DNA from: a virus
Lineage: Duplodnaviria > Caudoviricetes
Reading direction: 5' to 3' (one strand)
Virus record (IMG/VR): IMGVR_UViG_3300021406_000003
Location: 1-55,115 of that record
Length of the DNA stretch: 55,115 bases
The notes under the pieces are model-generated. The model was not told where the DNA came from, ran no database searches, and was given only the letters and a program-made list of their open reading frames with translations. Below, piece by piece: positions 36,801 to 46,004 of this stretch (position 1 is the stretch's first letter; each line of letters opens with the position of its first letter). The position numbers were made by a program, and so were the translations under genes.

Positions 36801-37771
36801 AGGCGACCCTGCGGCCATTCCTTGAGCAGGCCAGGAGTGAGCGCTCCTTGTTCGATGCGCTTACGCATACGCGGAGGTATCTGAGCGAGATTCCGCCCAA
36901 TCTCACCTTTTAGGCGATCACCCTCTGCTTCCCACGCCTCTAGCGCCGGACGATTGCGCTCGACGAGCGCCGTGTATTCGTTCTCGGCAGCCTTGCGTCG
37001 ATTGAGCGCTGCGATCTCGTGACCCTTGACGATGTCCTCGCCTTGGCGCGTCACGCCTTTGCGAAGATTGTAGCCTTCGACGATGCTCCCCAAGGCACGA
37101 TTCTTGGCAGCACCAAGTTGACCCGGAAGCGCTGTCACCGCTTTCTTGATCGCCACAGAAGGCTTCTCTGATGGAGCAGCTTCCAGCTTGAAGAGCTTCT
37201 GGAGCTTCGGCTCCACGAACCCTAACGCTGCGTCGAGACCCTTTCCGGCGGCGCTTATAACGGGTGCTGCCTTTTGCGCGATTGGCCCCACGGCTTTGCT
37301 CAACGGTCCCGCAAGCTTGCCGCCGTATTTGAGCGCGCGTGCGCCGATGTTAAAGACGTTGGCTCCTGGAACGACGGTGCCGGGGTCGTTGATCGTTTCG
37401 AAGAAGAAATCTTCGGGGACGCTCAACCAGGGATTCGAAGGCGTCGGCCATCCCTCGAACTTCTCTGCTTCATGCGTGAGGTCGATCGTGTGTGCCGGGT
37501 CAAGCATGGCCGGAATAGGATTGCGCCCGAGAAGCGTCGCCAATCCCAGATTCCCGCTTGCGTTGAGAGCCGTGTTTATTCCGTGCGCGACCGGCGTATT
37601 TTCCGCCCATTGCCCGAAGGCTTCGAGGCGCTGAAGCGGCGCGATGTCACGAGAGGGCTTTGGCTTCCCAGCGATCGGAGGCGGAGCTACCGTGGGGGCT
37701 TCATCAAGCGGATTCGTCCGTGATTGTCCACGAGCAGCGCCGCTGGACGGAGCTTCATCCAGAGGATTCAC
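33809..37771 (-). CDS. Large internal virion/DNA ejection protein
   Basis: 1320 aa, helical; last in podovirus-like ejection cluster. Confidence 0.7.
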   Translation of the reverse strand: MNPLDEAPSSGAARGQSRTNPLDEAPTVAPPPIAGKPKPSRDIAPLQRLEAFGQWAENTPVAHGINTALNASGNLGLATLLGRNPIPAMLDPAHTIDLTHEAEKFEGWPTPSNPWLSVPEDFFFETINDPGTVVPGANVFNIGARALKYGGKLAGPLSKAVGPIAQKAAPVISAAGKGLDAALGFVEPKLQKLFKLEAAPSEKPSVAIKKAVTALPGQLGAAKNRALGSIVEGYNLRKGVTRQGEDIVKGHEIAALNRRKAAENEYTALVERNRPALEAWEAEGDRLKGEIGRNLAQIPPRMRKRIEQGALTPGLLKEWPQGRLEKLDADRAVLEQQLKAHDQAFPPEIRQATLQRAYHEGTPRVRALALSKGYVPTQEERNLPVLNVLHQFREAYEPTHDIYPVDKSDEFNRIAQSKGPIYYLSQGKKKAKFDLPGKNLDPNMPLADRLRDRFARGVRIEEYYRPRHDILRDTGSLPPPDIGRTGERLEQAASERNEALPLLEPALQTGDPRLIAALVGRIGQNEKRTLRYGALQKLQEQSEERAAALREQTLKKTPQKGETLEFLEPFMENRPKATALRRAARELNIEEHGFGVPVKPPTGAHRLNTTALKTRFQGGKKTVTNVERLSELMRQSAQNTQKATEEAAAQQAEQQFSRFFKITEALEKQGERTSKLGNALENHQLVRAGYRSDIPKLRDDVRQLQAAYLAAKRIAGTAYKSGHGKSVDDLLHRIAAHRLDHPSGTSLTVVSEDLPGHYDLPTNVKGGGSIGDISYSMEEVSDVQKAMKKALKLKHNEKFPEREAVKMLDEAMNTIGAARQNVEEVAKRYDVPMAERSPANIAQNIKEMGDTFRSSLGYVQGQLKKTPPIPKEIKGGIKSVVRGQDRLAGALTEASAPQVGAASFKHILNPSQHAAAEGKASLAKVIKSTQQTANKLESAEAAKAADKEVVSYAQELADRMNRVEMPEALQERLFADKPEYRKSMFSLFTDLQREALFILPFAHMKNVTLLALLGPNGWPTVKRGWGYYRQLREARRAKTPSALEPKIQELVNTGATTLYFRDPAHQAPWGWVGQWSSEALDDYDLAMRVSLADTLKQQGMTGFQMAGQVRDILGDYHNQAPLIRELRDRAGAAFPAWRLGIVPQAMTKAIREQPGSAKLYARANQVISDDVTDPTMKTGLNIAAPLEDYGELVADPLKYVASPSSSGVVGIVPGALLAKQSGRIMDFAAQEGQRLFPGGSALGGFTHFPFPTNAPNALSGAAGLLGIYFPDQQRKQRERQLIKLGIPHAERIRILQSEGYIKPLAPPILEQNGGIDWSRP

Positions 37772-37777
37772 GAGCGG

Positions 37778-38857
37778 TTAAAACCCGCCGCCCTGCATAG
37801 GCAATGCGTGAGAAAGAGCGGCCTTGATACGTGCTTCATTCCAAGGCGGATTAGCAGTTCTTCCAAAATCCATGATCTGCTTATCTGAATAATTTTGAAG
37901 ACGTAAATCCTGGACTTTTCGCACGTCTTTCATGAGCTGCTGCACGTCGAACGGAGGTTGCGTGGGCTGATGCCTATTCACGTTGGGAATCGGAATCTGC
38001 TGCCCATTTGGCATCGTGTAGAAGACGTTGTTTACGACCGGCGCTGAAGGCTGCACGTCTTGTAAGTACGTCTCGGGCTGAGGAGGCGCGTTGGGGTTGA
38101 AGCCCGGAACCTCAGTGCCTCCAAGATACGCTTTCTCCTGCGCGTTGTAAGACTCTACGGCAGCGTGATATTGCGCCATTGCAGTGTTGTAGGCTTGCTG
38201 CTGCCCTTGACCATTCGCCGCATTCAAAGCGGTCATCGTTGCGATAAGCTCTCGCTCTTGAAGCGACATCCTTGAAGACGAGAGCCGCTGCTGTGCGCCG
38301 ATCTTCGCCGCTGCTATGCGTGCCCGCGCACCAACATCGGCTCGATACATGACGCCCTGAAGCGACATCTGCGCCTTCTGGAGATCGACGCCGAGGCGAT
38401 GACTGTAATACCCCGCCTGCGCTTGATCGAGCGGGAGCTTCCCCTGAAGCGTTTCCGTTCCACGAGCGCCATAATATCCGCCCATCGCAGCGCGCTCGGC
38501 CCCAAGGCCCTGCTGCCCCGCGATGCCGACGTAATCTTTGACCACGTCGTGACGATTGGCACCAGATGCCTGTTGAGCAACCTGGAGATCGTAATCAACC
38601 TTCTGCTCGGGCGTAAGCGGGGTTCCGTGGTTGAGCGGCGGCGGCGGAAGCGTGAACGGGAATAGCTGGTCCGTCGCAGGGTCGATGCCTTGCGCTCGAA
38701 GAGAGGCGTTGTCGAGCTTCTGGCGCTGGCCGAACTCTTGCTGCTGCAAGTTATAATTCTGCTGCGCCTGCTGGTTCTCGAACTGCTGCTGCTCACCGGC
38801 GGCTCGCGCACGGTTTCGGGCGCCCATGTAGGTCAGGAGACCTGTGGCAAACGAAAT
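37778..38857 (-). CDS. Internal virion/ejection protein (probable ATT start)
   Basis: Q/A-rich; GGAGG 8 nt before in-frame ATT-TCG-TTT. Confidence 0.7.
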   Translation of the reverse strand: MSFATGLLTYMGARNRARAAGEQQQFENQQAQQNYNLQQQEFGQRQKLDNASLRAQGIDPATDQLFPFTLPPPPLNHGTPLTPEQKVDYDLQVAQQASGANRHDVVKDYVGIAGQQGLGAERAAMGGYYGARGTETLQGKLPLDQAQAGYYSHRLGVDLQKAQMSLQGVMYRADVGARARIAAAKIGAQQRLSSSRMSLQERELIATMTALNAANGQGQQQAYNTAMAQYHAAVESYNAQEKAYLGGTEVPGFNPNAPPQPETYLQDVQPSAPVVNNVFYTMPNGQQIPIPNVNRHQPTQPPFDVQQLMKDVRKVQDLRLQNYSDKQIMDFGRTANPPWNEARIKAALSHALPMQGGGF

Positions 38858-38858
38858 T

Positions 38859-39467
38859 TTAGTACCCTCCCCCGCCTGAGTACACGTTTCCAAAGTTCCC
38901 GTACGCGGGTGTCGGAGACGTGTTCTCCTGAACGCCTGTCGGCACGTTGCCTAAGCCGTAACCGCCGCCGCCGCCAGCGCCGCCACTAGGAAGCGGTGGA
39001 ACGCCGCCGCCAGCGCCGCCAGCGGCTCCAAGCGCGCCGTAGAAATCGCTCAACGACTGATTGTAAGCCCCGGTCTGCGCTCCCGCCTGGCCCGCAGCGC
39101 CGCCGCTCAAGAGGTTCCCGTATTCCCCAAGCGCCTGCGAATACAGCGGCGCGAGAGCGCCGGAAAGCACTCCAGATTGATCGGCGGCGAGCTGGCTGAA
39201 GTCGTTGTTAGCCGCACCGCTATGCGTGATGCCCATCGCAGCCTCGCGCGCGGCGAGATTCTGATTCTGCTGATTAAAGCGCGGCTGAAGCGCGGCTTGC
39301 TGGAGATCGCCGAACTGTTTGGCCGCTGGGCTTCCCGTGGCGCTGATGAGCTGGCCTTCAGCGGGCCCGTACGCGCCTTGGTAAAAGTTGCCAGCTTGAT
39401 TCGCGTTGTACCCCGCGCCGCTGATGTCTTTGACGAGCCCGCCAAGAAGGTTAGCTATGAACCCCAC
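38859..39467 (-). CDS. Internal virion/pilot protein
   Basis: G/A/Q-rich; AAMGITHSG motif. Confidence 0.7.
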   Translation of the reverse strand: MGFIANLLGGLVKDISGAGYNANQAGNFYQGAYGPAEGQLISATGSPAAKQFGDLQQAALQPRFNQQNQNLAAREAAMGITHSGAANNDFSQLAADQSGVLSGALAPLYSQALGEYGNLLSGGAAGQAGAQTGAYNQSLSDFYGALGAAGGAGGGVPPLPSGGAGGGGGYGLGNVPTGVQENTSPTPAYGNFGNVYSGGGGY

Positions 39468-39470
39468 AAT

Positions 39471-39977
39471 TCACCGATCCTCGAAAACGATGCGCGTGCG
39501 GACATACCCGAGCCCGCTCAAAAGAGCCATCATTGACCTATTCTGCATCCCGATTGAGCCGAAGACGCGCAGGCTTTTTTTGCGAGCGTGCTCGACAATG
39601 TGTTTGGTGAGTGCAACAATGGCGCGAGGGGAACCGGCAACGTGAATGATCTCGCGAGCATCTGCGCCCCGTGGGAAGTCGTAAACGCCTCGATATGCAG
39701 CAATGCCAAGAGGCCGCATAGGGTCCCCGTACACAAGCCACGAGAGCATCGAAATCTCGTTGAGCGTCGGCGTGCGCTCATGTCCCATCGCCGCCTCGAC
39801 CTCCGGCGGCAAAGACGGCAGAATACCCTCGGCGGCGAGCGTGCAAACGTGCAAGGCCGGAACCCGTAAAATGCGCCGATCCGTCGCCGTGACCATGCCT
39901 CCCACGGTAGCCGACTTAGGAGCCGGAAAAGTCTGTAAATCTACCTTTAGCCGTACATTGTCAACTTGGGTTGGCAA
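39471..39977 (-). CDS. GNAT-like protein
   Basis: C-terminal N..M..LL..LGY pattern; position before ejection genes. Confidence 0.5.
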   Translation of the reverse strand: MPTQVDNVRLKVDLQTFPAPKSATVGGMVTATDRRILRVPALHVCTLAAEGILPSLPPEVEAAMGHERTPTLNEISMLSWLVYGDPMRPLGIAAYRGVYDFPRGADAREIIHVAGSPRAIVALTKHIVEHARKKSLRVFGSIGMQNRSMMALLSGLGYVRTRIVFEDR

Positions 39978-40332
39978 TCGCTATCAGGTGAATAATTCTC
40001 ACGTCGGTAGCATCGTGACTTGCGATCTTCGCCGCGAATTGAGTTACTTTCTCTGCGAGGTATAGGCGTGAATCGGCGGCTCCGGCCCCCACGGGCAATA
40101 CCGAGATGACCGGAGGAAAGTTGAACGCCGGGGCAAATCTCCACACATAGAGACCACTTACGAGGCTCGCAAGCCGTACTTGCACGTTGGCCGTCGTTAA
40201 GTTCGTGGTGCGTCCCCCCGCAGAGCCAAGGGCTCCAGGAGCAGAGCCAAGGGAGGTCGCGAGAAAATACGGCTCGAGCACCTTGATGAGCTGAGAAGCG
40301 CTGAGGTCGCCGATCTTCTTGCCGGAGTTCAT
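39961..40332 (-). CDS. Hypothetical tail protein
   Basis: F..PP.I.V pattern; TAATG coupling. Confidence 0.6.
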   Translation of the reverse strand: MNSGKKIGDLSASQLIKVLEPYFLATSLGSAPGALGSAGGRTTNLTTANVQVRLASLVSGLYVWRFAPAFNFPPVISVLPVGAGAADSRLYLAEKVTQFAAKIASHDATDVRIIHLIAIANPS

Positions 40333-42365
40333 TAGGTATATGCCTCTTCAATCGCATCAAGGCTAAGGCCCACGAGTTCGAAGGCTGTCTGGTTACTAGT
40401 ATTGCTGATATTGAACATGAATTTATAGCCCTTGAGGAATGGATTAGCCTTTACGACGAGCACTTGACCCGCTTCCTGATTCGCTGTGCCAACGGTTAGC
40501 GGAGAATTGAAGGACGCTGGCGGGTAAATCGTACTGGCAACCCCGTTCACCGGGCCCGAAGCGATCGCCTGAACGACGAAGAACGCGCCGGGCAGCGTCT
40601 CAAGATCGAGATACACCCGATGAAGCTCTTTGAGAAGAGACGGGCTTCCCATGTCGATCCAACCCGTCTGCGCGACCCACGGGATAGAGACGCCCCCTGG
40701 GTCTTGCGTGGCGTTCTGCCCATACTGAATCACCTTGATGGGCGAATTGCCAGGCTGCTGGACCCAATACAGGGTCGGCACATCAAGGCCGGTTCCCGCG
40801 GCGTTCTCGCCTCCGGGGAACGGAATCCAAGCAGCGACATTCCATCCGAAGCCATTCCACGTAGACCATGCCTCCGCCTGAAGCTCCTGACTAGCATCCT
40901 GATCGAACACCATGACGTTATTCGCCAAGCCACCGCCGGTGTCTACGGCGAAAAGCGCGACGTTATTCAAGAACGTCTGGATGGTTTGCGCCCCTGGTAG
41001 CGGGAAAGACCCGTTGAGCGCCACCTGCATCGAAAAATCGCCGGCAACGGCGCGAATAAGCCTCTGATTCCCCCCGGATATTTTGCCGGAGGTGATCGGG
41101 ATATTTCTTCCAATGGGTTCCGGTTGCGTCGCTCCTACAAAGAGACGATTGAAGCTGCTCCCACTCCAGAAAACGATCGTGTCGTTCAAAGCAGCCGCAC
41201 ATCCCGGAGATGGTATCCCGTAGCTCCTCAGCGCCGGCTGTACGTTGAACTGATATTCACCCTGCTGGAAATCGTAGCCCGCGATCGCGTAGACGCTGTT
41301 CGATTTGAACACGTAGAGCACGTTACCGATTGGGATGCACGTCTGAATGCCGGGGTCTCCATCGCCAAGGCCGATCGCATACGGCCCATTGGAAACCATG
41401 AACGCGAAGCTCTCGGGCATATTGAGGTCTGAAGCATAGAGCGTGTTCGGGAAAGCCGGATCGCCCCAAAACCAAACGTGATTATGCCACGTCACACAGC
41501 CAGTGAACGGCCGGGTGATCTGATACGAGAGCGCGGTGAGCGTCGTGCCGTCGTATTTCAGCGGCCCCGCTGTCCCGCCCCCACCCCCCGTAAACGCCGT
41601 GGGCATCCCAACTGGAGCTGCGTTCTTGATGATCTGAACGGTGTAAGCATTCCCGCCGACGCCGCTCACGAGCGCGCCCACGTCGATGTTTCCAGCCTGC
41701 GCGAACGCCTGCGCTAGGAACGGCGTGCCGGGGGCGACCGCGGCGGAGACGTTGAGTGCCTGTACGAGCTGAAGCGCGATGGACTGCGCATTATCGGTTG
41801 CCAGAACGACGTAATTGGGCGTTGTGACCGTCGCAGGGCCAACAACCTGTATCTGTGCCGTATCGCCCACTGCAAACGCCCCTGGGGCGATTGAAGCCTG
41901 CGCTACGCCGAGGTTCGAGGTCGTCGCCCCGCAGATGATGAGGATGTCGCCGCCGGGGTTCATCCCTCCGCCCAGCGCCGGATCATACGCCGAACAAAAC
42001 GAGACCGGGACGGTGTTCCCGCTCGAGAAGTCCGTGATCTTCGAAAGCGCGGTCGGAGAGATAGGCGTCCCAGGGTCTCCGCCGCCCCACAGCGCCCCCT
42101 GCGCGGAGATGACAAGCTTGGTGAGCAGTGAAGGCGACGTGCGATACCAGCGGATGCCGGAGACCGGAGCATTCGGAAATGAGCCGGTGATCGAAGCCTG
42201 GTACACGATGCCGCTGCCAGCACGCTTCCCCCAAGCCCCGAATCTTCTATAAAGCAGGTTCGAGCACGCCGTCAAGCCCGGAACCTGGCTAGGCGTACGG
42301 CCCTCGTTGAGCACCGCACCAAACGCGAGGGCGGAGAACTTGCGGGCCGCCTTATCGACCGGCAT
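40332..42365 (-). CDS. Tail nozzle/stabilisation protein (P22 gp10 or tubular protein B-like)
   Basis: KRAG, LYASDL..PE.F, LYVFKSNS, TGWIDMGSP..LKEL propeller pattern. Confidence 0.8.
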   Translation of the reverse strand: MPVDKAARKFSALAFGAVLNEGRTPSQVPGLTACSNLLYRRFGAWGKRAGSGIVYQASITGSFPNAPVSGIRWYRTSPSLLTKLVISAQGALWGGGDPGTPISPTALSKITDFSSGNTVPVSFCSAYDPALGGGMNPGGDILIICGATTSNLGVAQASIAPGAFAVGDTAQIQVVGPATVTTPNYVVLATDNAQSIALQLVQALNVSAAVAPGTPFLAQAFAQAGNIDVGALVSGVGGNAYTVQIIKNAAPVGMPTAFTGGGGGTAGPLKYDGTTLTALSYQITRPFTGCVTWHNHVWFWGDPAFPNTLYASDLNMPESFAFMVSNGPYAIGLGDGDPGIQTCIPIGNVLYVFKSNSVYAIAGYDFQQGEYQFNVQPALRSYGIPSPGCAAALNDTIVFWSGSSFNRLFVGATQPEPIGRNIPITSGKISGGNQRLIRAVAGDFSMQVALNGSFPLPGAQTIQTFLNNVALFAVDTGGGLANNVMVFDQDASQELQAEAWSTWNGFGWNVAAWIPFPGGENAAGTGLDVPTLYWVQQPGNSPIKVIQYGQNATQDPGGVSIPWVAQTGWIDMGSPSLLKELHRVYLDLETLPGAFFVVQAIASGPVNGVASTIYPPASFNSPLTVGTANQEAGQVLVVKANPFLKGYKFMFNISNTSNQTAFELVGLSLDAIEEAYT

Positions 42366-43528
42366 TAGCCGAGAAACCAACCGGCATCATACCCCTCGGA
42401 ATCCTCGCCGGAGACCGTGGGCTGTGAAGCGCGGTTCGTGTCGAACGTGAACGCCTTGGCCTTGTCCACTGCGGTTTGGTAGCGCTTCATGAAGTCTGCT
42501 GCCAGGCCGCGGTCGCTCTTCCTGATCCAATAGTCCCCGAGCACGCGGTACGCCAGCGCCATGCAGTACTGCGGCGGGATGCCGGGCACATCGCCGGGGT
42601 TGTCGAGCTGAATCCCAAGCGAGCTGTAGTAAAACGTGATCGTATCACCGTTGGGGCTGAAATAGGTCAGCGTCGTCGGGGAGACGACCATCGTCGCCGA
42701 CGTCGTCGTGATCTTGAATTGGATGCCCGTCCCCGGCGCGAGCAGCGCGGTGAGGGTGAGTTGATTCGCGATCGTCGTCGCAGGAGAGAGGAACGCCGTG
42801 ACGCCCTGAACCGCCCCCGTAAGATTCAGCTTGGTCGCAAGCTGAACAGCAATGGTCGTGGTCGTATCGCTTGGCGTCGTGACGTACGGGGCAGACGTGA
42901 ATGACAAAGCGCCATTCGTAACCGTTACCGTCGTCGAATCTCCGACGCTTGGAGCTGCGCTGAGAATGCCGGCGCCAACCCCGGGCCCGACCGCATTCCC
43001 GGGCCCCGGCTGCGGGTAGAGGCGAATATAGCCCGCCCACGGCTGCCGGTAATACAGCGGCTGCCCCACGTTGTTCGGCACGATGCCGCCGACGCGATTG
43101 CTGAACTCCGACATGGAGACGCCGTCCAGGTCATACGTGTAGCCTCCCGCAGGCGTGTACTCGATCTTCGTGAGGCTCACGAGCCCAAGGGGAACCGGGT
43201 AGTCGAGTAACGGCAGCACGGGAAACGTGTCCATGCGGTCGGAGAGATCGGGTGCGATTCCCGTATCGGCGATGAATTGCCCAAGGGCGATGGTGAGGTC
43301 GCGCGCCATGACGCTTGCGGTGAAATCTCCAGACGTGGGCATCGGATAGCCCGTGTCTGGTCCGTCTTCTCTGAGAAGGCTGAGCACACGACACTGCAAA
43401 TCGAACAGCGACATGGACCCCGGCGCGTGCCCGGTGTTCGCCGCGCTCGGGGAAATGAGAAGCCTTCCGCCTTGGGTGTTCCCCAAGTACAATGGTTGCC
43501 CAGGAGCAGCGACGAGCCTGTTAAACAT
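42365..43528 (-). CDS. Head-tail adaptor (tubular protein A-like) with inserted domain
   Basis: L.DLQCRV..LLRE, GQP.YY, IRLYP.P, D.P.IP..Y..AL. Confidence 0.75.
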   Translation of the reverse strand: MFNRLVAAPGQPLYLGNTQGGRLLISPSAANTGHAPGSMSLFDLQCRVLSLLREDGPDTGYPMPTSGDFTASVMARDLTIALGQFIADTGIAPDLSDRMDTFPVLPLLDYPVPLGLVSLTKIEYTPAGGYTYDLDGVSMSEFSNRVGGIVPNNVGQPLYYRQPWAGYIRLYPQPGPGNAVGPGVGAGILSAAPSVGDSTTVTVTNGALSFTSAPYVTTPSDTTTTIAVQLATKLNLTGAVQGVTAFLSPATTIANQLTLTALLAPGTGIQFKITTTSATMVVSPTTLTYFSPNGDTITFYYSSLGIQLDNPGDVPGIPPQYCMALAYRVLGDYWIRKSDRGLAADFMKRYQTAVDKAKAFTFDTNRASQPTVSGEDSEGYDAGWFLG

Positions 43529-43534
43529 AGGCCA

Positions 43535-43654
43535 TGAACGCTCGCGGCCCCATTGAAGCAGCATCCAAATCCAGGTCGGCGCTCCCGCCGCGTACACTTC
43601 CGCGAGCGTTCACTAAAGCAGCATCCAAATCCAGGTTGGAGCGCCAGCCGTGTA
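43535..43654. repeat. 39-bp tandem duplicate of the tailspike 3' end inside 13-bp inverted repeats
   Basis: Direct copies 43556-43594 and 43616-43654; IR 43535-43547 / 43600-43612. Confidence 0.9.
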
Positions 43655-45544
43655 GGTAAGCGCAATGCCCGATCCCGCTGGCACCATCGCCGACACCGTC
43701 GCCGTAGAGAGGATCGGGATTTCAGCGGTTGATCCCCCCGAGCCGTTCACATGCGCCGTAAGATTCGCTGCTCCGTTTCCGGTCACGTACACGATGCAGT
43801 CTGTCGCGTAGGGATTCGCGACGACAACGGTGGTCGCGGCAATCGCAGGTTGAGCGGGGTTCGTCGGGGGGCCAAAGGGATTGGGGCCGATGTTGTTTCG
43901 GTAGCGGCACGCACCAACGCGCGTCGTGGAGTTGTCCGTCCAATTTGTCGTATTCCCGGCGATGTAGTTGTTCTCGAAGATCACGCCGTTCACGGTCGCG
44001 GAGTCGATGACGACGCCTTTGAGATTCTGGCCCCCGGCGATATCGTTTCCGATGGAGCAGTTCCGAAACTCAGTGGTTACGGGAAGATTCCCGCCTCCCT
44101 GAAGATGCACGCCAATGCCTAACGCATTGGTATGGAAATTGCAAGAATGGAACTTTATGGCTTGGGATGTTCCGATGTCGAGTCCGTTTCCGCCCGTCAC
44201 GCATTGAAACGTACATCCAAGGAACAGCACATCGTGAATGGGTCCCGTGCCGGACTGCGCGATGGTCGCAGCATTCACGCCGCCTCCGGTAAAGGGCGGA
44301 TGACCTGTCCAGAAAGTGCAGTCCACCAAACGGATATTGCCGTATCCTGGTGCCCCCGTACCGCATTGTAGGGTCAATCCGCTGTTCGTCGTCCCGTCGA
44401 AGAAACAGTCGGCGAAGTACGAATCCGAGAGATCGCCAAGCGTGGCGTTGAAGTTGAGTCCTTGCCCTATGCTCTCGAAATCGCAGTCTTGCATGTCAAT
44501 GAGGTCAAAGCCGGGCGTAAGCGATCCCGCAGAAATGAGCGCAACGGCGTTACTTGTCCCCGCGTCGTAAGAGGGTCCTGAGCCTCGCACCATGCACTGA
44601 TTGATGAAGAACTGGGCGCTCCTCGTGCGCGTGCGAAGGAAGTCTCCAAACTGATTGTACGAGTCGATTCGGCCCATGAAGAGCGTCGTGACGCTCCCGG
44701 CGTTGTTCACCGCATCGCCCACGTCAAGCGTATGGAAGTGCGCTTGCAGCGTGCAATCTGAAATCCAGATATTGACGCCGAAGGGGATGCGCCACATCGC
44801 CCCGCCGCTCATGTTCCCGTTATTGCAGAGAAAATTTAGGTTTTGCCATGAGAAATTAGCAAGGTTGTTTGCCGCTGTGGGATATGCGCCTCCGGCGAAG
44901 ATGTCATACGTTCCGGCATCGGCATAGATACATGAAGAGCCCTGGGCATCCCCCACGAAGCGCATCCCATATAGCCGACTCGGGGAACCCATTCCGGCGA
45001 GGTTGATCGAGTTGGTGATGCGCCAGTTTCCCGCCGGGAAGTAGACGACCCCGCCACCAGCCGCAGCGCAAGCAGCGATCGCATTGGCAATGGCCGTATT
45101 GCAGACGAAAACGCCGTTGCCGATCGCACCGTAGGTAACGATGTTGAAGATACGGCTCGTACCGGCTGCGAAGAGCGCGGCGACAGACTGCGCGGTAACG
45201 TTCTCGATGACGCCGCCGCGAGAGATGACGAGCAAGTCGGTGTTCTGTGCCGGGCTCCCCGAGGGATACCCGGCGATAGAGAACGGCGGAACGCCTGCGA
45301 GAAGCTGCGTCCACGTCAGGTATTCCGTGAGACCCGTTGCAGGCCGAAAGATCGGGAAGAGGTCCGCACCTTGCGGTGTCGCTCCGGCAGGCAACTCGTT
45401 GATCGTAAAATCAGCGCGAGCAGCTTTCTCGGAGCGAAGCTTGGCGTTACGAAGGAAAAACTCGTCAGCAGAAAGCCCCGCGGATGACCGGCGCTTGCGC
45501 CGCATCTCCGCGATAGCCATTTGGAGGAGATGCTCGTCATGCAC
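43613..45544 (-). CDS. Tailspike with pectate-lyase-like beta-helix
   Basis: FNIVTYGAIGNG...AIANAI...GGGVVYFPAGNW. Confidence 0.88.
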   Translation of the reverse strand: MHDEHLLQMAIAEMRRKRRSSAGLSADEFFLRNAKLRSEKAARADFTINELPAGATPQGADLFPIFRPATGLTEYLTWTQLLAGVPPFSIAGYPSGSPAQNTDLLVISRGGVIENVTAQSVAALFAAGTSRIFNIVTYGAIGNGVFVCNTAIANAIAACAAAGGGVVYFPAGNWRITNSINLAGMGSPSRLYGMRFVGDAQGSSCIYADAGTYDIFAGGAYPTAANNLANFSWQNLNFLCNNGNMSGGAMWRIPFGVNIWISDCTLQAHFHTLDVGDAVNNAGSVTTLFMGRIDSYNQFGDFLRTRTRSAQFFINQCMVRGSGPSYDAGTSNAVALISAGSLTPGFDLIDMQDCDFESIGQGLNFNATLGDLSDSYFADCFFDGTTNSGLTLQCGTGAPGYGNIRLVDCTFWTGHPPFTGGGVNAATIAQSGTGPIHDVLFLGCTFQCVTGGNGLDIGTSQAIKFHSCNFHTNALGIGVHLQGGGNLPVTTEFRNCSIGNDIAGGQNLKGVVIDSATVNGVIFENNYIAGNTTNWTDNSTTRVGACRYRNNIGPNPFGPPTNPAQPAIAATTVVVANPYATDCIVYVTGNGAANLTAHVNGSGGSTAEIPILSTATVSAMVPAGSGIALTYTAGAPTWIWMLL

Positions 45545-45556
45545 GGGGGAGGCTCC

Positions 45557-45745
45557 TTACTTCGTCTTGTGGCTGCCGCGATTGCGCTCTGAACGCGGGA
45601 GATTACCGATATCGACGTGCGAGCCATCAGAATCGGCGATGCGCTTGGTCATGCCCGAATAGATGCCGTCTTCCGGGCAGCGTCGAGGGTCTTGCTGTAC
45701 CGGCACGTCGTCTTTGATCGTGTGTCTACGAGGTTCAAATGCCAT
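45557..45745 (-). CDS. Hypothetical protein
   Basis: GGAGG SD. Confidence 0.6.
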   Translation of the reverse strand: MAFEPRRHTIKDDVPVQQDPRRCPEDGIYSGMTKRIADSDGSHVDIGNLPRSERNRGSHKTK

Positions 45746-46004
45746 CGGACACCCTCCCAAACTTGCGGGGCTCTGGAAGTTTCAGAAGCTCTGCGTTCTC
45801 TTTTGGCTCCGGCTCCGGTTCGGAAAACTCCGGCTGTTCTGGCTCTTCCGACACGCGAACGGGCTCCACGTACGACAAGTTTTTCGTAAAGACGTGATGC
45901 CCCAAGCCGCATGTTCCAACGAGAAGCTCGTCGTAGAAAGAGCCACCACAAGCGGTGAACGTCCCGCAGTTTTGGCAGGTCGCCCCCTGCGCTACGTCAG
46001 CCAT
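45735..46004 (-). CDS. Hypothetical protein with CxxC
   Basis: In structural operon. Confidence 0.6.
   Translation of the reverse strand: MADVAQGATCQNCGTFTACGGSFYDELLVGTCGLGHHVFTKNLSYVEPVRVSEEPEQPEFSEPEPEPKENAELLKLPEPRKFGRVSDGI

Noticed and set aside
43556-43654. DGR template/variable repeat pair
   Set aside because: No reverse transcriptase; repeat too short; mismatches are mostly synonymous and not adenine-specific
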